DNA of 64,000 bases from Gemmatimonas phototrophica (GTDB lineage Bacteria; Latescibacterota; UBA2968; UBA8231). The translations under genes and the position numbers were made by a program. Positions 45,157 through 53,784 of the stretch are shown here, in pieces; the stretch's first letter is position 1, and every line of letters starts with the position of its first letter. The DNA lies in the NCBI GenBank assembly GCA_945861755.1, contig CAMAVQ010000009.1:455-64454 (forward strand), written 5' to 3'. The notes beneath the pieces were generated by a model, which saw nothing but the letters and a program-made list of their open reading frames with translations, searched no databases and was not told where the DNA came from.

Positions 45157-46830
45157 TCACTCCAGTTTGGTGGATTTCTTGCTCTCGGTGAGGGTGAAAC
45201 TGCGGTCCGCCGGGACCTGGCTGAAAGTCTGGACCAGGCCACTGGGCCAGCGCACCTCCAGCTGGTCGACCTGGGTGTCGGTCCCCAGGCCAAAGTGGAC
45301 GCGCAGGTCGCTCTGGGACTGGAAGCTGGCGCCGCCGCAGACTTGGCGGTGCTGACTGCCCGAGGCCGAACGCAGGTCGATGCGAGCCCCGATGCCGTCG
45401 CGATTGCTCAGGGTGCCGCGCAGCCGCAGCAGCAGCCAGTGGCCCTTGTCGCCCCCGTCGTTGCGCAGCAGGGTGGGGGTGTCGTCCAGATTGGCCACTA
45501 CCACGTCCAAGTCGCCGTCGTTGTCGTAATCGGCGTAGGCGGCGCCGCGGGCCACCTTTTCCAGGGCCATGCCCGGGCCGGCCTGTTGCCCCACCTCCTC
45601 GAAGCGGCCCTTCCCGGTGTTGCGGAAAAGCTGGTTGCGCTGCCGGTAGCTGAGGCCCACCCCGGCTCGGTCGATGGCCGGCATCAGGTGGCCGTTGGCG
45701 ATAAAGAGGTCCTGCCAGCCGTCCTGGTCCCAGTCAAAAAAGAAGGTGCCCCAGCTCAGGAAGGGCCGGCTGGGCCCGGCGATGCCAGTGACCCCCGAGA
45801 CGTCGGTGAAAAACCCATTGCTCTCGTTGCGGTACAGGGTGTCGTAGTCCTGGGCAAAGTTGGTCACCAGCAGGTCGTAGTCGCCGTCGTTGTCGTAATC
45901 GGCCATAGCCACGCCCATGCCGGCCTGGGCCCGCCCGTCGCCGCTGAAAGCGGTGCCGTTGAGCTGGGCCACGTCGGTGAACTTCCCCCCGCCCTCATTG
46001 CGGAAGAGGTTGTTGGGTTGGCCGTCGTTGGCCACGTACAGGTCCAGATCGCCGTCCAGGTCCACGTCGCCCCACACCATGCCCATGCCGAAATAAGCCG
46101 GTTGAGCGATGCCCGCAGCCTGGGTGACATCGGCGAAGCGCCCATCGCCCTCGTTGCGGAAAAGCGCGTCTCGCTGGGCGGGAAAACCCTTGGGGCCGCA
46201 GGCGGCGGGGATGCCGGTATGAGTACACCACTGGTCAAAGAAGGGCGGGCCGTGCAGCTTGAACTCGACGTAGTTGGCCACATATAGATCCAGGTCGCCG
46301 TCGTTGTCGTAATCGCCAAAGCCGCAGCCGATGCCCCAGCCCGGGTCGGCCACCCCGGCTTTGGCGGCCACCTCGGCGAAGCGGCTCCGGCCCTCGTTGC
46401 GGAAGAGGGCGTCCGGGCCCCAGCGGGTCACAAAGAGATCGGCGTCCCCGTCGTTGTCGTAGTCGGCCATGGTGCAGCCCATGTTCCAGCCCTTGAGGCC
46501 CAGGCCGGTCTGGGCGGTGGTTTCGCCAAAGGTGCCGTCACCCCGGCTGCGGTAGAGGGCATTGCCGGTGCCGGCTTGGGGTGTCTCCACGTCGGGGGCG
46601 CCGTTGGTGAAGTAGAGGTCGAGGTTGCCGTCCCCGTCGTAATCCCACCAGCCCACCCCGGCCGACTGGGTTTCGAGGATATAGTGCTTCTCGGCGCTGC
46701 CCGAGACATTGCGAAAGGTGATGCCGGCCTCGCCGGTCACGTCGCTGAACTGCGGCAGTTCGGCGGCGGCGGCGTTCCACCAGCCCAGGGCGCAGCAGAC
46801 AATGTGGATAAGGAGGACATGACTTTTCAC
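45157..46830 (-). CDS. CRTAC1/ASPIC-UnbV family FG-GAP repeat protein
   Basis: GTG 46830 then signal peptide; 'DYDNDGD' repeats; 'NRDGIGARI..VHFGLG..VRWPSG'. Confidence 0.9.
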   Translation of the reverse strand: MKSHVLLIHIVCCALGWWNAAAAELPQFSDVTGEAGITFRNVSGSAEKHYILETQSAGVGWWDYDGDGNLDLYFTNGAPDVETPQAGTGNALYRSRGDGTFGETTAQTGLGLKGWNMGCTMADYDNDGDADLFVTRWGPDALFRNEGRSRFAEVAAKAGVADPGWGIGCGFGDYDNDGDLDLYVANYVEFKLHGPPFFDQWCTHTGIPAACGPKGFPAQRDALFRNEGDGRFADVTQAAGIAQPAYFGMGMVWGDVDLDGDLDLYVANDGQPNNLFRNEGGGKFTDVAQLNGTAFSGDGRAQAGMGVAMADYDNDGDYDLLVTNFAQDYDTLYRNESNGFFTDVSGVTGIAGPSRPFLSWGTFFFDWDQDGWQDLFIANGHLMPAIDRAGVGLSYRQRNQLFRNTGKGRFEEVGQQAGPGMALEKVARGAAYADYDNDGDLDVVVANLDDTPTLLRNDGGDKGHWLLLRLRGTLSNRDGIGARIDLRSASGSQHRQVCGGASFQSQSDLRVHFGLGTDTQVDQLEVRWPSGLVQTFSQVPADRSFTLTESKKSTKLE

Positions 46831-46868
46831 GCTAAGAATATAACCAAACTGCGGGAGGAGAGGAGCGC

Positions 46869-49046
46869 TTACCTGCCGAGGGTTTCGAGCCGGCGTTGGA
46901 CCTCGGCGGCGCGTCCGTTCTCGCCCAGTTGGGTATAGGCGGCGATGAGGGCGCGGTAGACCAGGGGTGCCCGCGGCTGGGCCTGGAGCAGGGACTGCAG
47001 GCGGGCGATGGCGGCCTGCCCCTGGCCGGCCTGCAGGTCGGCCATCGCGGTATTGACGGTTGCCTCCAGATTGTGGGGGTCCAGTTGCAGGGCCTGGGTC
47101 AGGTACTGGCGGGCGCGGGCCAGATCGCCTTGTTCCAGGCAGAGGGCACCCAGCGCATTGAGGGCTTCGGGCCGGTTTTCGATGGCTAGGGCCTGCTGGT
47201 AGGTTTGCCGGGCCTGATCCGCCTGGCCGCTGGCCTGATAGGCGCGGGCCAGATCGTAGCAGACCCAGAAATCCCGCGGCTGCCATTGTCTGGCCGCCTT
47301 CAGGTGCGGCAGTGCCTGGGCAGGCAGGGCCTGTTTGAGCAGCAGCCGGCCGTAGGAGTAGCGGGCCATGCCCGAGGTGCTGTCGATCTGCAGGGCCTGG
47401 CGCAGGTGCAGGGCGGCCGGGGTCCACTGCCCAAGGGCAGTATAGGCCTGGCCCAGAAGGATGCGGGTGTCGGGCCTTCCGGGGTTGTCCTGGATGGTGC
47501 GCAGGCCCTCGCGTATGGCTTCGGCATAGTGGTTTTGATAGAGGTAGGCGGTGGCCAGATTGTGGCGGGCGTAGTCGTAGTCGGGCTCCAGTTCCAGGGC
47601 CTTGAGCGAGTGCTGGATGGCGCGGTCGTAGTCCCCCTGGCGCAGGCAGATCTCGCCCAGGTCGCAGTAGAGCTGGGCATCGTGTGCTGGGATTGAAGCC
47701 GGGCGCAGGTTGAGGACCACCAGCAGCGCCAGCAGCGCCAGCCCCAGCCGGGACAGGCGGCCCCAGTCTCGCCCCTGCAGCGCCTTCCACAATTCGTCCA
47801 GGGCGGCGGCGGCAAAGATCAGCAGGATGGGCAGGACGGGCAGGCGGTAACGGGCGGCCACAAAAAAGAAAATCACCGAAGCCGAATAGGCCAGGACGTA
47901 GAGGTGCAACAACCCGGTCTCAGGCCGCCGCCACCACAGGACCATCCCCAGCAGGCCAAGGGGACCCAGCAGACCAAAGGGGAAGGCGATGAGATGGTCC
48001 CAGAGCAGGGCGGATAGGAGCGTGGAATGCTGGCGGCTGTAGTAGATGTCCTGATTGCGCTTGAGTTCGGGGCCGCTCCAGAAGAGGTATAGTTTTTTTA
48101 GCAGCAGGCCCAGCCAGTCCAAGGGCTGGGCGAGGATATAGTCAGCGGACTTGCCGTAAAAATAGGCCGACTTTTCCCCGGCCCCTAGGTAGCCGGCGCG
48201 CACCGGTTCCATGACCAGGTTCTCCCATTGCCGGCCGGGATGGATGGCCACGGTGCGATCGTAATCGGGGTTGTTGCCCAGGTAGAAGTTGACCCCGCCG
48301 TTGGTGGAGATGAAGGCCCACTCACCGCCTACCAGGTAATTGCGCAGGGAGACGGGCATGACCACCAGCAACAGGGGCACCAGGAATTGGGCCCAGCGCC
48401 TGGCCAGGGGTCGGACCCAGGCCACCGGATCGGCCTGGCAGGCCCGCCACGCCTCCCACAATAGCAGGGCACCGACAAAGAGCAATATGTTGGGACGGGC
48501 GAGGGCAGCCAGGCCAGCCAGGGCCCCGGCAGCGGCCCAGTCCCGACTGCGCCCCGCTTGTAGCGCCTGCTGGAGGCGGTGCAGCAGCAGCAGATCGAGG
48601 AAGATCTCCAGGGGCACGGCCAGCAGCTCGCCTTCGTAGTAGAAAAACATGCTGTAGGCGGCGGCCAGGATGCCGGCCAGGCGGGCTGGGCCGGCAGGCA
48701 GCACCCGTCTGGCGATCAGGTAGATCAGCAGGCAGGAGCCGCTGCCCAGCAGCATCTGGGCCAGGCGGATGGCGGTGAAATAGGAGGTGGGGAAGAGCCA
48801 GCAAAGGCCAGCCAGGAAATAGATGTAGAGGGGGGGCTGCCAGAAGGGCTCGGGTTTGCCCCAGAACTGGCCGGCAGCGATCTGGCGGGCCTGCTCCAGG
48901 AAGACCTTGGCGTCGACTACCGGCGCGTCGTAGAAGGGGCTGTGCCGGATTTCGCTCAGGTACAGGAGGCGCAGGGCCAGGGCCCCGAGGAAGAGGGCCA
49001 GGAGGAAAACTGATTCAGTGTGTCGGTGCAGAACTCCTTTGCCCAA
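46869..49046 (-). CDS. GT-C (PMT/family 39-like) membrane glycosyltransferase fused to C-terminal TPRs
   Basis: TM-rich N-terminus 'PVVDA', 'FWQPPLY', 'RPNIL', 'GGVNFYLGNNP', 'ARYRLP'; C-terminal TPRs. Confidence 0.82.
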   Translation of the reverse strand: MGKGVLHRHTESVFLLALFLGALALRLLYLSEIRHSPFYDAPVVDAKVFLEQARQIAAGQFWGKPEPFWQPPLYIYFLAGLCWLFPTSYFTAIRLAQMLLGSGSCLLIYLIARRVLPAGPARLAGILAAAYSMFFYYEGELLAVPLEIFLDLLLLHRLQQALQAGRSRDWAAAGALAGLAALARPNILLFVGALLLWEAWRACQADPVAWVRPLARRWAQFLVPLLLVVMPVSLRNYLVGGEWAFISTNGGVNFYLGNNPDYDRTVAIHPGRQWENLVMEPVRAGYLGAGEKSAYFYGKSADYILAQPLDWLGLLLKKLYLFWSGPELKRNQDIYYSRQHSTLLSALLWDHLIAFPFGLLGPLGLLGMVLWWRRPETGLLHLYVLAYSASVIFFFVAARYRLPVLPILLIFAAAALDELWKALQGRDWGRLSRLGLALLALLVVLNLRPASIPAHDAQLYCDLGEICLRQGDYDRAIQHSLKALELEPDYDYARHNLATAYLYQNHYAEAIREGLRTIQDNPGRPDTRILLGQAYTALGQWTPAALHLRQALQIDSTSGMARYSYGRLLLKQALPAQALPHLKAARQWQPRDFWVCYDLARAYQASGQADQARQTYQQALAIENRPEALNALGALCLEQGDLARARQYLTQALQLDPHNLEATVNTAMADLQAGQGQAAIARLQSLLQAQPRAPLVYRALIAAYTQLGENGRAAEVQRRLETLGR

Positions 49047-51716
49047 TTAATAAACTAAGGAAAGGGTGCCGGTCTGTTGGCTAGAAGAGGTTCTGCCCAC
49101 CTTGAGATGGTAGAGGTAGAGGCCGGGAGGCAGGAGGTTGCCGCTGCTGTCCTTGCCGTCCCAGGAGATCTCGGTGGTGCCGGCGGTGTGGGCTACCGGT
49201 CCGACCTGGGCCACCTGGCGTCCCGACAGGTCGAAGATGTCAACCTGGACCTGGGTCTGTTCGAGGATGAGGAAGAGGTCAAAGCTGAACACGAGCTGGT
49301 CGTTGATGCCGTCGCCGTTGGGGGTGAAAGGATTGGCGCTCAGGCGCACCGGCGAGAGGGGGTGGGTGATTTGATCGACGACCACATTGACGTCGTCAGT
49401 AGCCACCTCCGGCGTGGCGTCGCCGCCCTCGGTGGGTTGCGGGATGGTGGTTCCCAGGACACCAAGTTGGTCGTTCCACACCGCCGAGTTGAACTGCTTG
49501 GCACCGCGGAAGAGCTTGGAGGTGAAGACGATTTCGAGGCTCTCGCCGAGGCGGAAATGCCTGGCGCTCATCGGCGGTAGTTTGATCATCAGCAGTGCGG
49601 CACTGGTGGTCGAATCGACGCGGACGGCCTGGGCGAACTGACCGAGGGAATCGGCGCGGCCGGCGGCGGGCGCCAATCGCTTGGGTTGGACTTGAGCCAG
49701 GGGGTCGGCGCCGGTGCCGGCGGGTTGTTCCTGCCAGTCCTGGCCGTCAAAGCGCAGGGCGTCGATGTGGGTGGCTGCGTCAGGCACCTCGATCTCGATG
49801 CGGTTGAAGCTGCCGGTATCGCTGTCCCCGAAGAGTGGGCGCAGGTAGTAGTGGAAACTCCGGTCTTCACCCAGAGGCACCTGGGCAGGGAAGATCTCGG
49901 CCAGCACTCCGCCGCTGGCCAGAGGGCTGTCGTAGTCGAACTCGAGGTAGTCGAGGCTGAGGGCGCTTTGCTGGGAGGAGTCGAAAAGGAGGCGGAACTG
50001 GAAATAGCGGGTACCGCCGGGCAGAGGCAGGGAGACCCCGGTGTTTTTCCACTGGTCTGCGGGGAGGGTGGTGTCGATGAGGCCCTCCTCAAAACGGAAG
50101 GGGGCTGTCCAGAAGCTCCAGCCGCGCCCATCGTCGGCACCGAGCTGTTGGCCCAGTTCGTTGTACTGGAGATTGAGTTCCTCGATGCGGCCGTCGGTGA
50201 GTTTGGCCCACTTGAAGGCGGTCAGTTGCTGGCCATTGCTATCTCGGTTGTCCGAGAGGCCTGGACCCAGGCGGCGGGCATAGACATGGGTGTCGAGGGA
50301 ATTGCCGGCGCGGAACTGGATGCGCACCTTGCCCTCGCCGTCCTTACCCAGATGGCGGCCCTTCCAGCGCACCTTGCCCCAGTTGACCAGCTGGCCGGTG
50401 CGTTCGGGGAACTGGCTGGTCAGTTTAGAGGAGTCGGACTCGGCGTAGAGTTCCATCTGTTGGGCATAGCGGTGGTATCGGGGGGCGGGGGTGCCCACGT
50501 CGATGATTTCGGAGGTGAAGGAGGCGTCGGTGGGGAAGCCGTCCCCGAAGATGCCCACCTCGGCGGTCTCTACATAGACGCCGCGGGGGCTGTTCGAGAT
50601 GACGTCGATGCGGCCCATTAGCACCGGCGGGTCGAACTTGAGGTCTTTGACCGCCGGGACAAACTCGGAGACGACGCTGGGGCGGAGGTTCCTCCAACCC
50701 TGGATGACCTGGGCAGTCCGGTCGATGGTGGAGGAATCGCCGTAGTTGATGTAGTAATAGGAGAGCGTCCCTCCCGGCAGGGTGGGTCGTGGCCGCATGA
50801 GGATGCGGTTGATGTAGTAGTAGCCCTGAAGAAACATGTCGATGCCGCCCAGAAGGTCGCCTCTGGCGCCGAAGGCGGTAGACAGGTTGTTGTCGAGCAT
50901 GCGCCCAAAGTCCGCCCGGCCGGTCACTGAGGCGACGGAGTACTGGTCGGCGGAAACCGGATCGGCTGGTTCGTTGCGGTAGCCGAATTCGCTGGGGACC
51001 ACCATCGAGGGATTGAGTGGGGTCTTGTCGGCGGTGACCCCGCCGAATTCGCCGTCGAGGTAGCGCTCGTTGATCAAGGTAGCCAGGTTGCGGGTGCTGT
51101 CCAGGTAGATGGGTTGCAGCCAGGTGCTCACGCCTTTGGCCGCATTGTCGGCCAGCCGCGGCCCGTCCTCATCGGTCAGCCCGTCCCCATCGTTGTCCAC
51201 CTCGTCAAAGGGGTCCTCGTTGGTTTTCAAGTCGTAGTCGTCGTTGCCGTTGGTGTGCCGGCCGTCCTCGCTGAGCTTGCCATCGCCGTCGTTGTCGACC
51301 TGGGAATCGGGTCCGTCCTCGTCGATGCGGCCGTCCAGGTCGTTGTCGAAATGCTCGGGCGGGTCTTCGTCGAGCTGGCCGTCGTCGTCGTTGTCGGTAT
51401 TGTCGACCGGGTCTTCGTTGAGCTGGCCGTCGCCGTCGTTGTCGACCTGGAGCTCGACGGAGTCTTCGTTGAAGAGCCCATCGCCGTCGTTGTCGATCAG
51501 TTCCACCCCGTCTTCATCCACCACCCCGTCGCCGTCGTCGTCGGTGACGATCTCCACCGACCAGCCCCGGCCCCAGTTGAGCCGGCCGCTGACCGGCGAC
51601 AGATTCCACGGCTGCTCCTGGTCCCCCACCCGCCACCGCTGGATCTCCGCCTGACTGGCCGTGGTCCCCAGCCATAGCAAGGCACTGAAGGCGATAGTGA
51701 AATAGCTCTTGGGCAT
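49047..51716 (-). CDS. Family A3 secreted protein with eight DNDGDGxxDED repeats + tail
   Basis: GGAG RBS, signal peptide; 'TAEVGIFGDG', 'LAEIFP'; tail 'NPFTPNGDGIND..IFDLSG..WDGKD..PGLY..SLVY'. Confidence 0.8.
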   Translation of the reverse strand: MPKSYFTIAFSALLWLGTTASQAEIQRWRVGDQEQPWNLSPVSGRLNWGRGWSVEIVTDDDGDGVVDEDGVELIDNDGDGLFNEDSVELQVDNDGDGQLNEDPVDNTDNDDDGQLDEDPPEHFDNDLDGRIDEDGPDSQVDNDGDGKLSEDGRHTNGNDDYDLKTNEDPFDEVDNDGDGLTDEDGPRLADNAAKGVSTWLQPIYLDSTRNLATLINERYLDGEFGGVTADKTPLNPSMVVPSEFGYRNEPADPVSADQYSVASVTGRADFGRMLDNNLSTAFGARGDLLGGIDMFLQGYYYINRILMRPRPTLPGGTLSYYYINYGDSSTIDRTAQVIQGWRNLRPSVVSEFVPAVKDLKFDPPVLMGRIDVISNSPRGVYVETAEVGIFGDGFPTDASFTSEIIDVGTPAPRYHRYAQQMELYAESDSSKLTSQFPERTGQLVNWGKVRWKGRHLGKDGEGKVRIQFRAGNSLDTHVYARRLGPGLSDNRDSNGQQLTAFKWAKLTDGRIEELNLQYNELGQQLGADDGRGWSFWTAPFRFEEGLIDTTLPADQWKNTGVSLPLPGGTRYFQFRLLFDSSQQSALSLDYLEFDYDSPLASGGVLAEIFPAQVPLGEDRSFHYYLRPLFGDSDTGSFNRIEIEVPDAATHIDALRFDGQDWQEQPAGTGADPLAQVQPKRLAPAAGRADSLGQFAQAVRVDSTTSAALLMIKLPPMSARHFRLGESLEIVFTSKLFRGAKQFNSAVWNDQLGVLGTTIPQPTEGGDATPEVATDDVNVVVDQITHPLSPVRLSANPFTPNGDGINDQLVFSFDLFLILEQTQVQVDIFDLSGRQVAQVGPVAHTAGTTEISWDGKDSSGNLLPPGLYLYHLKVGRTSSSQQTGTLSLVY
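51165..51542 (-). repeat. Coding tandem repeat, 8 x ~16-17 aa Asp-rich putative Ca-binding motif
   Basis: DDDGDGVVDED, DNDGDGLFNED, DNDGDGQLNED, DNDDDGQLDED, DNDLDGRIDED, DNDGDGKLSED, GNDDYDLKTNED, DNDGDGLTDED. Confidence 0.85.
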
Positions 51717-51847
51717 GATTTCTCTCCGGGTCGAGTCTGACGATCAGTCCTGAAACAATAAGGAAAAAGCTTTCGGCTCACAATATATAATTGACTGCCT
51801 ATTTGACGAGGGGGGGACCTTTGGGTTTTATATATATAGGTGCTGAT

Positions 51848-51874
51848 GCACCGGGATTCCCGGTGCGATTTTTT
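51848..51874 (+). promoter_or_regulatory. Terminator-like hairpin in the leader of surface-protein locus 2
   Basis: GCACCGGG-att-CCCGGTGC-ga-TTTTTT, downstream of an AT-rich divergent promoter region. Confidence 0.4.
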
Positions 51875-51948
51875 GTGCGCCCAAAACCTTTTGCCCGCAT
51901 CGGCAAGCTAAGTGGGCTAACAGGTTTTCTTTGAAGAACGCGGGAAAT

Positions 51949-53784
51949 GTGAGGCTGGCAAACCTTCTCTGGTGCGGTGGACTGGTCTGGTGGTGGGCGG
52001 CTAGCCCGCTGCAGGCGGCAGATTCCCTAGGGGTCGGGTGGTCAGGTTCCTACCAGAGCTGGATCGCGGTGCGCGAGTCCTCCCAGTTGCTCTCCTTCAG
52101 TCCCGATTCGGTGTGGATGTGGTCGGTGGCTGCCAACAGCAACCTGGGGCCAGGGGTGGGGGAGCGCAGCGGGTACCTGCTCTTTTCAGGGGCAGTGACC
52201 TCCTTTCTCGACAGGGCCGAGGTCATGTACGACGGCGACCCTGTCACCGCCTTTGACCCGGATGACTGGGCCCGCACCACCGAGTTGACCCGCACCAGCC
52301 CCCTGTATCTCGACCTGGGCAGCACCTTCGGGGTCAATCACATCCGCTTCTACCCCAGGCTCGACGAGGAACACAAGAACCGCTTCCTGCGCTCCTTCAG
52401 TCTGGCCACCGACGACGGCTTGACCCCAGGGATCAACCTGCTCGACCGTCCGTTCAAGCCCCTGTTGGACTTCTATCCTGCCAATCCCAACCGCGAGCCG
52501 CTGGTGGAGGCGCTTTTCCCCAGCCGGCAGGTGCGCTATATCCGCCTGACCCCCCGCGAGAATTTGCCCTGGGAGATCGCCGAACTGGAGATCTACAGCG
52601 ATGGCACGCTGCCCTTGGGGGAATTTATCTCGCAGCCCATCTTCTCAAATGGTGCCCCCCGGCCCCTGTGGGGCAGGGTGCGCTACGAGGGCAGAGGCGA
52701 GGAGGGGGTGGTGGTTCAAACCCGCACGGGCCTGGATGCGATCCCGCGGCTTTTCTATCGCCTCACCGGGGTGGGCGCCGACCGGGAGCGGGTCACAAAG
52801 ACTGTTTATGATCAGCTGCAGCCCGAAGAGAAGGGGCCGGTGCTCAACAACCCGCAGTGGACCCCCTGGCAGACGGCTACCGACGGCACGGTGCGCTCGC
52901 CGGGCAACCGGCCCTACCTCCAGTTTCGCCTGCTGATGAACAAACCCGGCATCATGCTCAGGCGCATCGTCGTCGAATACTACAGCCCGCCCATCGCCGC
53001 CGACTTGGCCGCCGAGATCTCGCCCCTGGAAGCCGGGGCCGGCCAGGAGACCACTTTTACCATCTCGATGCGCGCCCAGTTCCAGCGCCTCAAATCGGAC
53101 GGCTCCCTGCTGAAGAACGCCGACACCGGTTTCCAGCGCCTGCACATCCGCAGTGACGCCCAGATCACCGGGATCGAGCAGGTGATGGTCGACGACGTGC
53201 CGGTTAGGTACACCGCCAGTCTGCCGGCTGGGCAGGGGGCGGCCATTCGTTTCTCTCAGCGCCTGGTCCAGGACGGGACCTTCATCCAGATCCGGCTGCG
53301 GGCCCGCCTTTTCCGCGATGCCACCGCTTTCCAGGTGGAAGCCCTGGACCAGCGCGTGGTCGATGGGAAACTGGTACAGGTCCAGCAGGAAGCCCGCCAG
53401 GAGGATGTGGACCCGGTCTCGCTGGGGGGCAGTCTGGTGGTGAGATTGGGGGACGAGCGCCTGCGGGTGTTGGGGGAAGGGCGGCCCCGCGCCCCGGTTT
53501 TCACCCCCAACGGGGACGGGGCCAATGAGCTGTTCACCCTGGATTTTGACCTGCTCAAGCTGACCCAGCCGGTGCCGGTGGTGCTGGAGATCTTCGATCT
53601 GGCCGGCCATCGGTTGCGGCGCCTCGAGCTGGGCCGGCTCGGCAGCGGCAGCCAGACAGGCGTCTGGGATGGCCGCGACGAGGCGGGACACCTGGCCGTG
53701 TCTGGCCTCTATCTCTACAGCCTTCAGGTGGAGGCCGATGCTGGGATCGAACATCGGCAGGGCGTGGTGGGGGTGGTGTACTGA
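51949..53784 (+). CDS. Family A4 secreted protein (short subtype)
   Basis: Signal peptide (start GTG 51949 or TTG 51931); 'YDGDPVT', 'LDLGSTFGVNHIRFYP', 'IAELEIY'; tail 'FTPNGDGAN..WDGRD..GLY..GVVY'. Confidence 0.8.
   Translation: MRLANLLWCGGLVWWWAASPLQAADSLGVGWSGSYQSWIAVRESSQLLSFSPDSVWMWSVAANSNLGPGVGERSGYLLFSGAVTSFLDRAEVMYDGDPVTAFDPDDWARTTELTRTSPLYLDLGSTFGVNHIRFYPRLDEEHKNRFLRSFSLATDDGLTPGINLLDRPFKPLLDFYPANPNREPLVEALFPSRQVRYIRLTPRENLPWEIAELEIYSDGTLPLGEFISQPIFSNGAPRPLWGRVRYEGRGEEGVVVQTRTGLDAIPRLFYRLTGVGADRERVTKTVYDQLQPEEKGPVLNNPQWTPWQTATDGTVRSPGNRPYLQFRLLMNKPGIMLRRIVVEYYSPPIAADLAAEISPLEAGAGQETTFTISMRAQFQRLKSDGSLLKNADTGFQRLHIRSDAQITGIEQVMVDDVPVRYTASLPAGQGAAIRFSQRLVQDGTFIQIRLRARLFRDATAFQVEALDQRVVDGKLVQVQQEARQEDVDPVSLGGSLVVRLGDERLRVLGEGRPRAPVFTPNGDGANELFTLDFDLLKLTQPVPVVLEIFDLAGHRLRRLELGRLGSGSQTGVWDGRDEAGHLAVSGLYLYSLQVEADAGIEHRQGVVGVVY

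Noticed and set aside
37500-47790. Very long N-terminal extensions in the ORF track (37500-40268 and 45157-47790; likewise 18381, 19844, 35594, 56156 and 17854 starts)
   Set aside because: The extensions overlap neighbouring genes or a repeat; internal starts with RBS, signal peptides or stop/start coupling fit better
40596-51542. Recurring GTCGTTGTCGTA/CCGTCGTTGTC nucleotide motifs as a possible CRISPR or DNA repeat array
   Set aside because: They encode DYDNDGD/DNDGDG protein repeats within ORFs; spacing is irregular and no cas genes are present
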